A stretch of DNA of 56,754 nucleotides, the filler included, from Basidiobolus ranarum (lineage: Eukaryota): NCBI GenBank assembly GCA_040143965.1. It is 2 parts of 2 records of this genome, joined end to end, with 100 filler letters (N's around TTAATTAATTAA, not from the genome) between each part and the next. Parts side by side here need not be neighbours in the genome. Positions count along the whole stretch, not along the records: positions 1 to 28,380 come from JASJQH010000116.1; positions 28,481 to 56,754 come from JASJQH010000117.1. One strand, written 5' to 3'. Shown here in pieces: positions 22,585 to 36,111 of the stretch; positions within the stretch are counted from its first letter, which is position 1, and the number at the start of each line of letters is the position of its first letter. A program made the translations under genes and the position numbers. A model generated the notes under the pieces. That model was not told the DNA's origin. It saw only the letters and a program-made list of their open reading frames with translations, and did not search any database.

Positions 22585-24748
22585 TTACTGAATTTTACAA
22601 GGTGTCTCATTTAACTGAGTAGCTACTTTATGCTCTATAGAAGCGTGGTTTTCATAAATATACATAGCTTCAAAGGATGTGATTGGTTCAGCATTTCTTT
22701 TAACCTGTACACTCTCATGAGTGTTGCTTCCTTTACAAGATCCCTTTTCAGAGCTTTTGGTAGTTTGTGGCTGATGTGGTGTACTTGGGCTGGTCGTCAC
22801 AGCATTTGTTTGCAAAGCTTGTACAGGTAAATCATGAAAAGGTTTTTTTGGTGCTGGTAAACTGTGTGACGTCAACAAAGTTTTCTCCAAAGGCGTTGAA
22901 AGAGATTTAGTAGCTTTGGTTGGGTTTGAGGCGGAGCTGTCGTTTATCATGTTACTCTTAGGAAGTAAATTCGGTGTTGCAACTACATCGGAGCCAATTG
23001 GGTTATTTGAGGTGGTACTCCTGATAGACTCCCTATTGAGCAAATTGGTGTATTTAGATTGGTGGTCATTCTCGATCTCCAATGAGCTTGGTCGATTTGG
23101 CTGACTAGTGGGGTCATTTGACGAACTCAAAGTGGTAGGTGTGGGTTGTGGGATATTGACCTTTGTTGATTTTGCTTGGACGCTGGTATTTGTTGGTTTG
23201 GATGCTGGAGTGGCAGAGGTTACTGGTTTGGATGGAATAGAGGCTGGAGCTCCACCCGATTGTTTGGGTGCAGTTATTGAGATTCTATTTGGAGTTACAC
23301 TTGTCAATAGTTGTGAAGTGGTAGCTGAAATGGTCGATATTGGTTTAGAGTGGCTAGTCACACCTAGGGATTGATTATTTGGCGTAATATTTGGTTTTTC
23401 TATTTGAGTTGTAGCTATCACAGTATTCGATGCAGTAGCACTAGATCTAGGAGGCGGTGATATGACAGAGGCAGTTGCTGATTTCGATTGGAGTGGTGAT
23501 GAAGCCAGTTGGGTGTTTGCTTTTGGCTGTATAGATGTTTTTCCCGTATTCACCGGTTTAGTTGTATCAGCTGAGGTATTACTCACGGAGGATACTCCTA
23601 CCAGTGATCGTAAGGGAGCGGATGTAGTTGCAGGTTTTGTTTGAGGTGTCGCTGTCACATTCTGGGGAGTCACTCCTGTTTTTGAGTTGTTACTTGCTGA
23701 AGTAATATTAGGTGATGGTTGTGAGGTAGTAGTAGTAGTAGCATCTGCTTGCGTTGATTGAGTTGATGCTGTCTGATTTGAGAGTGGTGTTATCTTATTC
23801 GGTGTCCCTACCTCGTTTCTTGGCATCACTGACTGTGAAGGGCCGGGTGTGGGTTTAGATTGGCTAGTAGTGAGATTATTACTAGATGTCGTGACCATGG
23901 AGCCGTTTGTAGGTAGTCGTACTGGTGGGTATATTGTGGTAGCATTAGAATGAACAGGAGTTGGCACCTCATTTGACAGGTTTTTTGAAGTAGTAGAGCT
24001 AGAGCTTGATGAAGCTACCTTTTGTGCAAGTGGCGCCGCAGAGCTAACAGCTGCGGGCCTTTTTTGAGGAATAGTAGAGCTACTACTTTCAGAATTTTTG
24101 GGTTCAGAAGGTTGAGTGATTGCTACTTCAGGATTCATCAACCATTCCTGACAATTCACCAATAATTCATACCATGATGCTGTAAATACCTGTGACCATG
24201 AATCGACATTGAAGTGCTCGAACTTGGTTGGAAACAAGTCATCTTTACTTATAGTTGAATAAAAGTTTTTCAAAAAACCTTGTTTCTGTGTAAGTTGGAG
24301 GATATCTGGCGACATTCTATCGATATCTGAAAGTAGGTTGTGCAATTCACTCAAGTTAGTTGGTCGTGTTTTCGAGAGTTTCTCTATCACAGCTCTTGGG
24401 AAGATTGATTTTCTTCTATATAAATAGAGATCTGGACAATATTCGTCTATAAAGCGCCACTAAATATTACATATCCAAGAAAGTGTTGGTTTTAAAGTAT
24501 GTCTAATGCTTTTCTTTGCATTTGTGTAGATAGAAACATACCAGAGGGAAGTTCTTGGGAAGCCAGTAGAATTGGGATCCGTATTTATCTCTGTAAAGAT
24601 CTCGTACTCTGGATACTTCGATAGATTGGCTATTTTCTTTTACGATTAAGCATATTCGGTCACTCAACACCGATGTAGAGGGGTTTGAAAAAGTGATGGT
24701 AAGATCATCCTTGCTATGAGAATTCTTTTGTTTATCCAAACCAGACAT
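22585..24748 (-). CDS. Protein with an N-terminal LOTUS/OST-HTH-like segment and a long S/T/P-rich disordered region
   Basis: A phase-0 intron (~24460-24541) joins NFPL|WRFIDEYCPDL into the 601-aa ORF. The 3' end is uncertain. Confidence 0.65.
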
Positions 24749-25024
24749 GACCTAGAATTAACTTTCACTAGCAAGTATTCAATATTCACCAAGACACTTG
24801 ACTATTTGTATTGATGTAAAAAAAAAGAACTATTGTGTTTAATCAAGAATCCATATATATTAAATCCCACACTTAACAAGCATCTAAACACGGTTGAGCC
24901 ATATTCTCATTCATACTAAAACGATTTAGATAACAAAGCCTTATAAACCAGTCAAATAACTCTGGATCAAGAAAAGTTGTATGGATATAGATGAATTTAA
25001 TGCAAGTTAAATTAAGTGAGAGAT

Positions 25025-26236
25025 TTAGAGTCGATCTTTATATTCTTTCCAGGCCTTTTGCATGTTATTCCATATATACTTTTCACCGTAATGCATGTAA
25101 AGAAGCCCAAATCCAGCACCACCCAAATGCGCCTAAAAACTTGGTAAGTAAACACAAAGAAGCAAACGAATATCAATGGCACTTACATAGTGATCAAAGG
25201 TGTTCCAACCTCGTAAGATTCCCAATATATCAAAACTCATCATAGCTGGAAGAGCATATCCAATTTTGATGGGGACAAATGGCAAGAAAATTAGAAAAAC
25301 GGAGGCCTGTGGAAACTGATAAGCACACGCACTTAAACAGCCATAAATTGCACCAGAGGCACCCAAACTTGGAAACACTCTGGCTTTGAAGCCAGCAGAT
25401 ACCAAATGACTAACTAGGGAAGCACCTAGACCTGTAGACAAATAAAAGGCTACAAATTGTTCTGAACCTAGAATTCTCATGGTAACTTCACCAAATGAGT
25501 ACAGAGCAAACATATTAAAACCAAAATGCCAGAATTCTTGATGACTAAACGTAGAGGTGAGAAGAGTAATGGAGCGACCAGATAATGGATGATGTAGGAA
25601 CCACTTGGACATAAAAGGTGTCAATCTTGGAATTTGCCACATTCCAAAGACTATCGTGTTAATCCCAATTAAAACACTTAAGGTACGCTGGGAGTCGGAC
25701 ATTGTATTCCACTTGTCCCAAGCCATTATGTACATTCTTTTAATAGCCAACGGCATTTCCCAGTCAGCGACTTCTCTTAATTTCCGGTTATACTTCTGTC
25801 TATATTCATCCATTTTGTCTCCAATCTGAGGGAAGGCACCATTACGCTCTTTCCAATCAAACACTTGTTGCCAAAATGATTTGTGTCGCTTTTCATATAC
25901 CATAGTGGAAATCCCGAAAGCCAGGGTTGAAGAGAGAACACAAAAAACAATTGGCTGAAGTAGTTTTCTTTGGTTATACATTTGAAATGGATTTACTTCT
26001 TCTATCACAACGGGTGCTTTAGAAGCCTCTGACGTAAGGCTGGTCAAGGGAATTTTAGTTGGAGGAATTGTACTATTTGGGGGCGAAACTCGAGATCTGA
26101 CTTGTCTACATTGTAAAAAAGCACTTTGTCGTATTGAAGAAAACTGTAAGCTACTTTTTGTTGTAAACCTTGTTACATTGCTGGATAGTGGCAAGTGCGG
26201 ACCTATTCTTGTGCTTCTCCAAACCGCTGACAACAT
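25025..26236 (-). CDS. PCP1: Mitochondrial rhomboid protease (Pcp1/PARL family)
   Basis: Arg/Ser-rich presequence, STFSHQEFWHFGFNM, SLGASGA (Ser), and FDHY|AHLGG (His) across the last intron. Confidence 0.92.
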
Positions 26237-26615
26237 TACTCTTATCAAAAATGAAGGTAGAAATTTTAGTAACGTTTCTTTCTATACAAAGATCGAGTAA
26301 ATTTTTAGGAACACACTAGAGATAAAAAGTATGGGGAGGTAGTCTAACCCTAATTATTCAATCATATGAGATTTGATTCGATTTGTATGTAGAATGCGCG
26401 TAATTTTGGTTTAGTTGAACACTTTGCATACAAGAGCATTAGAGATAGATTTTTATCTGCCAAAGGAAACGAAAAACAACCGAATATTATATTAGGTAAA
26501 TCCCGACTTGACCCATGAGATTCCAACCATCAGCATAAGAACTAACTTCGGGAATCAAATCGTCGGAACAGGTGGGTGGTGATGGAATACTAAGGCTAAC
26601 ATATGAAATGTGACT

Positions 26616-26635
26616 AGAAAGTTCAAGAAGCTTCG
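26616..26635. promoter_or_regulatory. Heat-shock element with 4 perfect alternating nGAAn units
   Basis: aGAAa gTTCa aGAAg cTTCg, ~260 bp upstream of the p23 ATG. Confidence 0.75.
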
Positions 26636-26897
26636 AATCACTAGCCTCCTGATTGGATATTTCTGCGAGATGACGTTGATCCAATGTGCAAATTATCAAA
26701 TAATTACTTGTGTTGGAAAATAATGGAAATTCTATCATGGGATTGGCCATCAACGAAGTAAAATTAGCATATTTATATGAAGTTGTTGGTGCTGGCAAAG
26801 AAAAAGATTTCGTCAGCAGCACTCTACTAGTACTACTGTTTCTCTGTTTTCAATTTTTACTATCTTAAACCATACCATTGTAATCTAAGCCAACGAA

Positions 26898-27622
26898 ATG
26901 ACCAAGTAAGTGAATAGAGTGCTATTTGTTATTCTGCTACCTATCTAATATCATATCTGTAGATATCACCCTGAATTGCTTTGGGCTCAACGCTCCGATG
27001 AAGTCTATTTGACCATCAACGTTCCCGACTTGAAAAACGAAAACATCAAGCTAGAAGAGAATGTCTTAAATTTCGAGGCATCCGGCCCTGAAGATCGCGA
27101 ATACGCTTTCTCTTTAGAATTCTACGAGCCCATCAACCCCGAGGTATATTATTTTCTTACTAAAGCCGTAAAAAGCATACCCATTAAGCGTATTTGTTAT
27201 TTGTAGACCTCCAAGCGTTCAGTAAATGCACGTAGTATCACTATGGTCTTGGACAAAAAAGATCACGATAAAGAGTTCTGGCCTCGTCTACAAAAATCAA
27301 CACAGAAAATCCCTTTCTTGAAAACCGATTTCTCCAAGTGGGTTGACGAGGATGAGGAAGAGGAAACACCTGGAAACTTCGATCTCCCACAGAACATGGA
27401 CTTTTCCCAATTCGCTGGTGCCATGGGTGGCATGGGCGGAATGGAGGGAATGGCTGGTATGGGCGGAATGGAAGGATTGGCTGGTATGGGTGGCATGGGC
27501 GGCATGGGCGTAAGTTCAAAGTAGTTGGTGTTCATAAATGAAGTGTTTCTAACTTTCTATTATTCTAGATGCCTCCAATGGGTGATGAAGGTAGCGATGA
27601 AGAGGATGAGATTGAGCAGTAA
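26898..27622 (+). CDS. SBA1: Hsp90 co-chaperone p23 (Sba1/Wos2), 4 exons
   Basis: HPELLWAQR, FWPRL, FLKTDFSKWVDEDEE and a GM-rich tail. Confidence 0.93.
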
Positions 27623-28380
27623 TTTGAGATTCAATTATTTTGAGAATAAAATTGTAACACTTTTTGCAATTGTTGTTAAAACAGACAAATTAGCATGACG
27701 AAATAAAAATCTTTCATATTCGTAAGGATGTTATAATTAAGGCTAAGATTTAGTGTTCTCCGAGAGCAGTGATGTCTTTCCATTCCCAAAAATCAGGGAA
27801 ACAGCAAAATATCGAGCATTCATGGGTAGCACAGCTACCGGTTGCTAGTTGTTAGTACTAGCCCAGAATCCGGTCAGACAATTCATATGATGGATATAAT
27901 CCCAGAATAAATCACGTCAAGATCCGGCTGGATATACCATGAACTGGTGCTACAGAAACAATCGAAGTAGTGAGCAAGAATCTGGTCTATAATAGTCAAG
28001 AGCACATGTGTATTTTTTATCATCCAGAGTGAGGTCTTTTGTAGAGTGGCTTCCAAAATAAATAAAGAGATTGAAGTCGATTGGTGTATTCGCGAGCAAC
28101 ATAGTTGTCATACCGGTTGACCATGAGCTATCAACATAGCTTGGGACTAGTTATTGATCCTTAACAATCTAGTTGCACCTTGCCGCTTATCGTTTGCTTA
28201 CTTCGTTTGGGGATCAATCTACACGAGGTTTTCTAGCGGCATTGGTTGGCCCGCAATTCTAAGCACCGGATCAGTTCCTCATTCAGCACTGCCTTTCTCA
28301 GTCATTTCAACCAGTGACTCTCTGCTTCCGAGTGTATCTCGGCTTTACCCCAAGTGATGTCACAACCAGGTTCATGTGTT

Positions 28381-28480
28381 NNNNNNNNNNNNNNNNNNNN
28401 NNNNNNNNNNNNNNNNNNNNNNNNTTAATTAATTAANNNNNNNNNNNNNNNNNNNNNNNNNNNNNNNNNNNNNNNNNNNN
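28381..28480. other. Assembly spacer: N run containing the six-frame-stop linker TTAATTAATTAA (28425-28436)
   Basis: 44 N, 12-bp palindrome, 44 N (100 bp in total). Confidence 0.95.
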
Positions 28481-28939
28481 GTAGATCCTAAGCGTGTTTA
28501 CGTTAAGAGCCCTGAAGAGACTAGCCACCACGTAGTCAAGCATAGTACTCCTGGGCCTAATGGAGAGGAGTATTGCTGGTATCAGTGTACTGTTAAAGGT
28601 GGACGTGAGGGTCGAGATCTTGATGTTCGTCAATTGGTGATTGCTTGTGAGGCTCTTGGTGCTGGTGAAATTCTTCTAAATTGTATGGATAAAGATGGCA
28701 CTAACTCTGGTTATGATCTTGAGTTGATCGGGGATATTCGGTCAGCTGTGACCATTCCAGTTATTGCCTCCAGTGGAGCTGGCCGAGTCGAGCATTTCTC
28801 TGAGGTGTTTGAGAAAACCGGTGTTGAGGCTGCATTGGCGGCAGGTATTTTCCACAGAAAGGCGGTACCTATATCTGCTGTTAAGGAGCATCTTAGAGAG
28901 AAAGAGATCCATGTCAGAGGAGCTGATCTTACTCTTTAA
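28481..28939 (+). CDS. HIS7: Imidazole glycerol phosphate synthase (HisHF), 3' fragment cut off by the gap
   Basis: VDPKRVYV...[16 protein letters not shown]...[14 protein letters not shown]...PVIASSGAG...AALAAGIFH. Confidence 0.93.
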   Translation, partial: VDPKRVYVKSPEETSHHVVKHSTPGPNGEEYCWYQCTVKGGREGRDLDVRQLVIACEALGAGEILLNCMDKDGTNSGYDLELIGDIRSAVTIPVIASSGAGRVEHFSEVFEKTGVEAALAAGIFHRKAVPISAVKEHLREKEIHVRGADLTL

Positions 28940-29892
28940 TTTATCAAACCAAATGTAGTCCCCATTAACTTATCTAAAAACTGCAACATATATTCTTCTG
29001 CCTTTATCGTTCACTTGTGAGACAAACCATATATATCATCACGAACTCTTTCCATCCACTCTGATTGTTCTATACATCTCCAACCCCAACCCAAATAGTC
29101 AATGTTATTCATTGAGTTCATTTCACACTCCCAAGTCGATCCAATAGCAGGGTATTTACATAGAAACGTCTGTTGAATGAAGGATGATTCATCATAAAGA
29201 CACAATGCATAGGTTAATAAATGTTTCGTTACTTATAGAAGAGAGATTGCAACAAATGTGAATCCTTTGTACCAGATCATGTAACATACTGACTATAAAT
29301 GCAAAGTATCTTAGACTTACAATAGGCATTTGTACTGCTAGTTTATCGCGAGTACTTGTCACCAAGACTGTGTAACCCAATGAACTGTCTAGGCCCGAAA
29401 AGTGCATAACCACCACTTTGTGGCATAGCAACTGGTTGAAGAATGATGCTGCTCTTGGGGATTTTCCAGGAGTATGCATTCTCCTGGGGACTAGGTAAGA
29501 GTGAAGCTGAAATTAAAGCTTGGGTGATTATTGAAAAATACAGGGTTTATTGTGCACGATAAATCCAAATTGGTGTTAAGTAAGGTTTGAAACTACATAC
29601 AACGGGGGCTGCTCAAGTTGAGAATGATAATGCTTTAGAATTTGGTAAGGCCACTCTTAGAAAGCTGTCAACCTTTCGAAAACCCAATAAGCCCTTCACC
29701 ACATTATTATAGAATGAAAGCGGCCCACATTGCTCATCTAACAAAATTGCCTTCCTTAACGCATGCTCACTTTACAACCACTAGTATGGCTGATCTGCAT
29801 ACGAACATGCGAATATGTTGAAGTTGTGTACAAGCAAGAGAAGTTTATGAGGTCTTAATGGAAAAGAATTTTGTACGATTGTGAGAAGTACT

Positions 29893-31150
29893 TTAGTTGA
29901 CATCTACTATTTTACTGCTTAATACTGGTGAAGGTTTTCGAATCTCGTCCTGTTGATCTTTGATTTGTGAATCCATCTCCAACAGAGAATATAAGTTATT
30001 CATTATTTCATGGTTCTGATCAAGTTCTTGTTGTGACATGCCAAACACTCCGGAATAGCTTCCCCCTTTGTCCGGCTGGGGAGCATGTGAATCAAATATC
30101 CAGCCATACTGAAGGAATGACAAATTAGCTCCTTCAGGATTAAAATAAGTAGAAGGCTGTTCTGTAGAAGGACTATATGTAGTAGACTGTAGATTCAGCA
30201 TTGGGTCATGATGCGAGATCGAAGTTTGATTATTTGTTACAGAAGTGTTGTATTCGGCTATATTAGGCTCTTGACTCTGTTGCAGCGAATGAAACCGGTG
30301 ATCGTTCATACTGATAACATGTGGGGTTTTGGGTATCGTTGACATATCTGTAATTGAGGACGATGGTGGATTATTAGAAGGGTAGTCGATCGGAACATTA
30401 GGACCAGGAAACCCATGAGTGCTAAGTCGGCGAGAAAATGATTTAGGATTGACTGGAGAAAATGAACAAGAAGAGGTGGTGGAGTTAGAATCAGTGCTAA
30501 ATCGCCGGAAATCATTAGCTTTTCCTTGAGCAGGTGGAGGCACGGGGGAAGGGAAGTGTTTATCGTCAGGAACCGAATTGAAAGCCTTTGATCTAAACGT
30601 AGGCGATGTCGCCTCTTCTTTTTGTACGTAGCTGGACATATAAGAGTCATCTTGGGCTGACTCGTCGAAATAACTCATACTTTCAAGCGGTAACTCTCCT
30701 TCATCTTCCAACTCCACTTTATCCGGTAAAGTAAGATTGTGGATATTTTCTCCGTTCTTGATCCTATTTATTATTTGCCATAAAGCCTCGTTTTCTGCTT
30801 TTAATTTCAAACTATTCTTTGCCACAATGTCTAAGCGTTTGGCTTTAGATTCGAGACCTTTAATATGCTGTTCTTTTCTTTGTCGGAAAGCTCGTTGAGC
30901 TGCACGATTTTGGGCAGCTCGCTTGGCACTAACCAGAGACTTGGAGCCTGGAGTTTGATCATTTAACTCAGAAGACGCGTCTAGTTCGTTAGTGAGATTT
31001 TCTATTCGGAACGTTGAAACATGCGCATCAATAGATACTTTTGGTTGAGCACGTTTTTCCTTATCTAGGTGGATGAAAATTGTTAGTACTTCGGTGAGTG
31101 AAGGTGAAATAGAAAAGAGATATTCTTAATTCACCTAGTTTAGTATCCAT
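29893..31150 (-). CDS. Yap/AP-1-family bZIP transcription factor, 2 exons
   Basis: MDTKL|DKEK... followed by KRAAQNRAAQRAFRQRKEQHIKGLE, in frame with the 310-aa ORF. Confidence 0.87.
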
Positions 31151-32991
31151 TTTCAAACACCTTGGAAATGATTAGGTTTTAATCGAAAACTGATGGTAAA
31201 GGTTTAACAATAACTTCAGATACCAAGTCGTTGTAAAAGAAGTGTACTTGAAATGGTAGAATTTTCAATAACTTAGCGAACAAAAGAGAACTGTGCTGAA
31301 GAGTCGTTACAATAGAGAAGTTTACAATGACTTATTCGCAGGGTTGAGTAGTGGGACACAGGAATTCAGAAACCATAGAAATTATGAAGAGAATATGGGG
31401 TATCTTTTTTTAAAAGAATCTGGTATGTTGGGCCTTGTTTTGGGGGGGGACTATTTGGACGAGGATTTTATCCCCTATGATGAAACGGATAATTGAATCG
31501 ATGGTACTAGCATGATGAAGGCTATCTGTGAGGTTTTCGATCGATCTCCAACCCCATATCTGAGACAAAAATCGCTCCGTATTCATATTTGTATCCCACA
31601 CAAGACCCTCCCTTGGTCAAATTGGAGTGGCAACCCCAGTTCACCTCATGTGCCCATCTTATAGCCACTATAATTTCTCTAACGAAGGCGAATTCCCAAG
31701 ACAATACTGCCTTATTATCTGCAAGACAAAATATGCTGACTTCGGTGGCTTTAGTTTCTACGAGGTACTAAGTAATTTAGCTTCTTGAATTCATGGCCAT
31801 TTCAAATGACAGCCTCTTTTGCATATTTAAAAATATCACTCGGTGGTTTGTGACTACACAGCAACCTGGTAACTCATGCACCAATTATATGCATTTCGCC
31901 TGTGTTGCATCCCCGTCACATGAGTAAGCAATCTTAAATTAGACGGCTTGCTTTTGTATTCCATTGGTCATTTGTATGTAGGGCATGATCAGATGAGGTT
32001 ATTTGAGCTGGAAACCCATAGCTGTTGCTCTATATGGGTGTCACCAAGTAACGAATCAATATTTGTACCGCTGCATCAGGTTAAAGAAATGGAACTCTAC
32101 GAATTCGTGCTAAATTGGCCATTGTGACTACTTCCTTATATATAGCCAAATGGGTGCAAAGAAAACGACTAGCTGGTCTCTATCTATACACTACCAAGAG
32201 AGAATGACCAATCTTCATGAAATCAGATACAGATGGATGCAGCTGTCTCAAGAATAGCAAATTTCTTCGGAGTAGTAACACCATACTGAGCAGTCAACAC
32301 CTCAGGAATAGCGAAGAAATGTAGTGTTTAGCAGAGATATATATGTTCCTGAGCCGATGTGCACTAGATTAGCTCTTTTATTTGCTCAGCTAATCTCTTC
32401 TATACTAATCCAGATGAGGCATTTTCAGAGTGTCGCTTCTCAGCTCTTGTTGCTGACCAACTATGAGCCATTGTGGTATAGTTTAGTCCAGGGTTGTTAG
32501 TCTATTGTATGTAATCCCTCGTGATTTTCAACTTCAGAGCGTCTATGGTCACGATACATACCGAGACAAGATCACTTGATCTTACCACCACCATCTACTT
32601 CAAAGAAATGATGTTGCAACACAAACATCGATTGGCCCAATCAAGAAGGCGCTCTTGGTATATTTTAACAGTCAACTGAGAATAACATGTGATTTTAGCA
32701 ATATGAAGGCTTTCACATGTTATATTGATAGAATGCATAGTTCTCTTTAGTATCAAATGATTTTCCTCTCGTCCCATGAGGACCATTGCCCCGGTTTAAC
32801 TCGGAGTTGTCATAATATGACGGTTTCCCTCGAACATCTCCAAACATACACAAGACATATAAGGCTTATGGCTGCTGAAATTCAGTATTCGTTTGACTCA
32901 ATCCACCTGAACTGCCACAGATCCATACATATACACACTCTACCCTAGATCCCATTTCACTTCACACCATTGAACTATACTACCAGTGTTG

Positions 32992-35717
32992 ATGATTGAT
33001 CACCTATTAGGGAAGCCATCCAATAACCTCCAACGTATTCAAGTAATTCTCGTCGCGGCTGCTGCGTATGTACCATCCCCATAATAGTCATTGCTAGTAC
33101 AATTTGTTAAACCTTGATTAGCATATTTACGTTACGAAAATATGGACAAAATGGACCTCGATTCTTGAGTGGAATAAACAGACAACTTGGTTGGTGATCC
33201 AATCCTTCGACCACTCCACATGAATTTTTATTAACATCGGTTTTATAGGTAGGTTCTCTCCATGGCAAATAGTTCTTGGAAGCTTGACATGTTTCTACGT
33301 GGTCAAGAACGCATTTCTTCTGTTAGGACTGAACGGTAGGTGGAGCAAAGCTTGCAAGGTTGTGCTCTGAGGTTTCATATACTAACTATTTCCAATGATG
33401 TTGATCTAGCCCCTGAGCCGCTGGCAAGATTGGTAATTTTTATACTTTTAGTTGTACCAGTGGATTGGTTATTAATATCACATAGTATAATCGCAATTAC
33501 TACCGCGCTACATGGATCCTTACTGGACTGGATGCAGGTTTTTACACAGCCATGCACATCCGACCGAAATGGCTCATGAATATATTGAGCATTATCTTCT
33601 CGCTCTTTTACCTGGTATTTGCTGAAAGGGCCGATCAAAAGGTAGCTATCTCGATAGATATCTTGGTCTTTCTCCTTCATGATCATGAAATCCTCTAACA
33701 CCAGATACCAATAGGTTCGTAAAATTCGTTCTCAGCCGACGGTTGAATATATGAGAATGTCTTGGGAGAAATCCAAGCATCCTTTGTTGCGCTTAGCCTC
33801 TAGATTGACAAGACCTCAACTAAGCATAGAAAAACGTATCTTAATCCCTAGACCCGGGAAATACGCGTGTGGACCTAACCCTATCAGAGCTCACATCTAC
33901 TACACCGGAGAGAAGGATAGTTACCAATTTTGCTCGAAAATCATTTTGAACTTTCCAGGTGGCGGCTTCGTCACCATGAGTCCAGAGTGTCATGAAGACT
34001 ATCTGACTCAAATGGCATTGGAAACAGGGGCCCCAATTATTAGTATCGATTATGGAAAGGCGCCGGAGTTTCCTTATCCTTATGCAATTGAGGAATGCTT
34101 TGATGCGTACAGAACAATAGTCGAAAGTAATGGCGAGTGTCTAGGCATGCTCGGATGGACAGACCAAAATGGAGAAAAAAGAGATCGCATTTCTGTTGCC
34201 ATGATGGGAGATTCCGCGTAAGTGATACTATACTGGTATACATCCTTCGATAGAAGACTTATCTTTTCATATGATTATGTTCGATGTTTAGTGGAGGGAA
34301 TATCGCTGCCTCCGTGGTCCTCAAAGCTTTGGAGCGCAAGCCCGCAGTCCCATTGCCAGATGGAATCATCCTTATCTATGGGTGCCTTGACTTCAACATT
34401 AGTTCTTGGATGTCGAACACTCAGATGGATTTGATACGTGCACAATCAGCAAAGTCATTACCTTCCCTTATGGAGGCCAAGAATCACTTGAGTCACCGTA
34501 GCCCACTGGCAGTTGGTCCAGATCTTGATAGAAAATGGAGCACTCATAGACACCGCGCGATTCAAGAGAGAATCAAAGTACCCTATAAGCTATCGTCGAA
34601 CTCTGGAACCAGGCTCTCGATGACCAGTAGAATGAGCTTCTTCAACGATAGGATCATCACGCCTGATTTGGTAATTTAGCAACCATGTTCTCCCCAATTT
34701 ATCCAGTCCCACATAGGACTAATTTGCTTCTGCCATATATATACTTAGATGAGAGCCATGGCGATTTTATACGTTGGCCCGAACCAAACCCCAGATTTCC
34801 CACATGACTATCTTCTCTCACCCATTGTGGCCCCTGAAGAGCTTCTTGCTCAGTTTCCCAAGGTCTATCTCATCTGCGGAGAGAAGGATCCATTTGTCGA
34901 TGATTCAGTAATATTTGCCGGAAGAATTCGTGAGGCCAAAAGGAAGCTCTGGCGAGAAGCTAGAAGACAACGAGACTTGGATGAAGCACAAACCAATAAC
35001 GAGGGCGGATTCACGTTCAAACCCGATAGACATTCCAACTCGGATCTCACGACGTTTTCCAGTAAATTCAGTATGACACCCGCAGAACCTTCCACTTCCA
35101 ATCATACGAATGGTGATACTCCCAACATCGAATCCACCTCATCTTCCCCTTTTACTGCTGAGTATTTTCGTCAATCTTCGAATCCAACATTACGTAAAAT
35201 AGGCAGTCATGTGAACACCAAATTCTTGAATGAACCAAGTTTCTCGGAAGAAAAAGTGGTGGAGCTCAAGATTTTACAAGGAATATCACATGCTTTTCTC
35301 CAGATGCTGCCACTATTTCCCGAAGCTAAAGGAGTGGTGAGTGGATTGAGTGAGTGGGTTCAAGAAATATTTTGTCAACAGGCCCACTGCGGAGAATGTG
35401 AACTTCGTGATTTAGATATTGACTACGCAGAAACTGAAACCAGCTCAGAAGACGGATATCCAGAAGTGGAGGATGGTCTGGTGATGAAGAACGGTCAGAA
35501 TAGAAAACAGAATCATCCAACTCATCACCGATCACTCTCAACCCCAGACAATGGTCATCGTAAAGGTCACTACATCAAAGAGCGGGATCTTTGGAACAAA
35601 AAGAATGTTATCAAGACCGCGGAACTGATGTCAAGAAGAAGAAATGAGCTCTCCGAAGACTTAATAGATAACCCGGTGGTCGTGATCGCCTCCGATTGGG
35701 AACAAAACGATTCATAA
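32992..35717 (+). CDS. Hormone-sensitive-lipase-family alpha/beta hydrolase, multi-exon
   Basis: MIDHLLGKPS N-terminus, FPGGGF, IDYGKAPEFPYP, GDSA|GG split by an intron, GEKDPFVDD and GISHAF. Confidence 0.88.
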
Positions 35718-36111
35718 AGCTTGGCCCCACTTGTCCAATTCTTCTATTTATAAAAAGACAATAAAATCCAAGACAACGATTGACACATGTATTTCTCTGA
35801 ACCAACAATAAATTCAGGTCTGTTGCATGAACACACGAATGTAACATCGCGTGTTGTATCTGCAACAGTGACTGCCCGTATCCACGGTTCGGAACATCTA
35901 CGTGTCGAACTTACATACTATCGATACTAAATATAATCCTATTCTAAGATGGTATATGAATCAAAATAAGCCTTTAATCGATAAATGTGAAGAAAAAAGG
36001 AATCTCCACTACATCTAGGGAACATTGGTTGTTCTAGAGAATGCATGAGGAGCTAATGCTTGTTTAATTTACAATTTATTCTAACAGAAAGAAGAGTCCT
36101 TAGAATGAAAT

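Noticed and set aside
27410-27510. GGM/GM repeat
   Set aside because: This is an ordinary feature of fungal p23 tails.
27750-28380. Possible copia RNase H relic (YVDSSW on the minus strand)
   Set aside because: It is a single weak motif with no supporting context.
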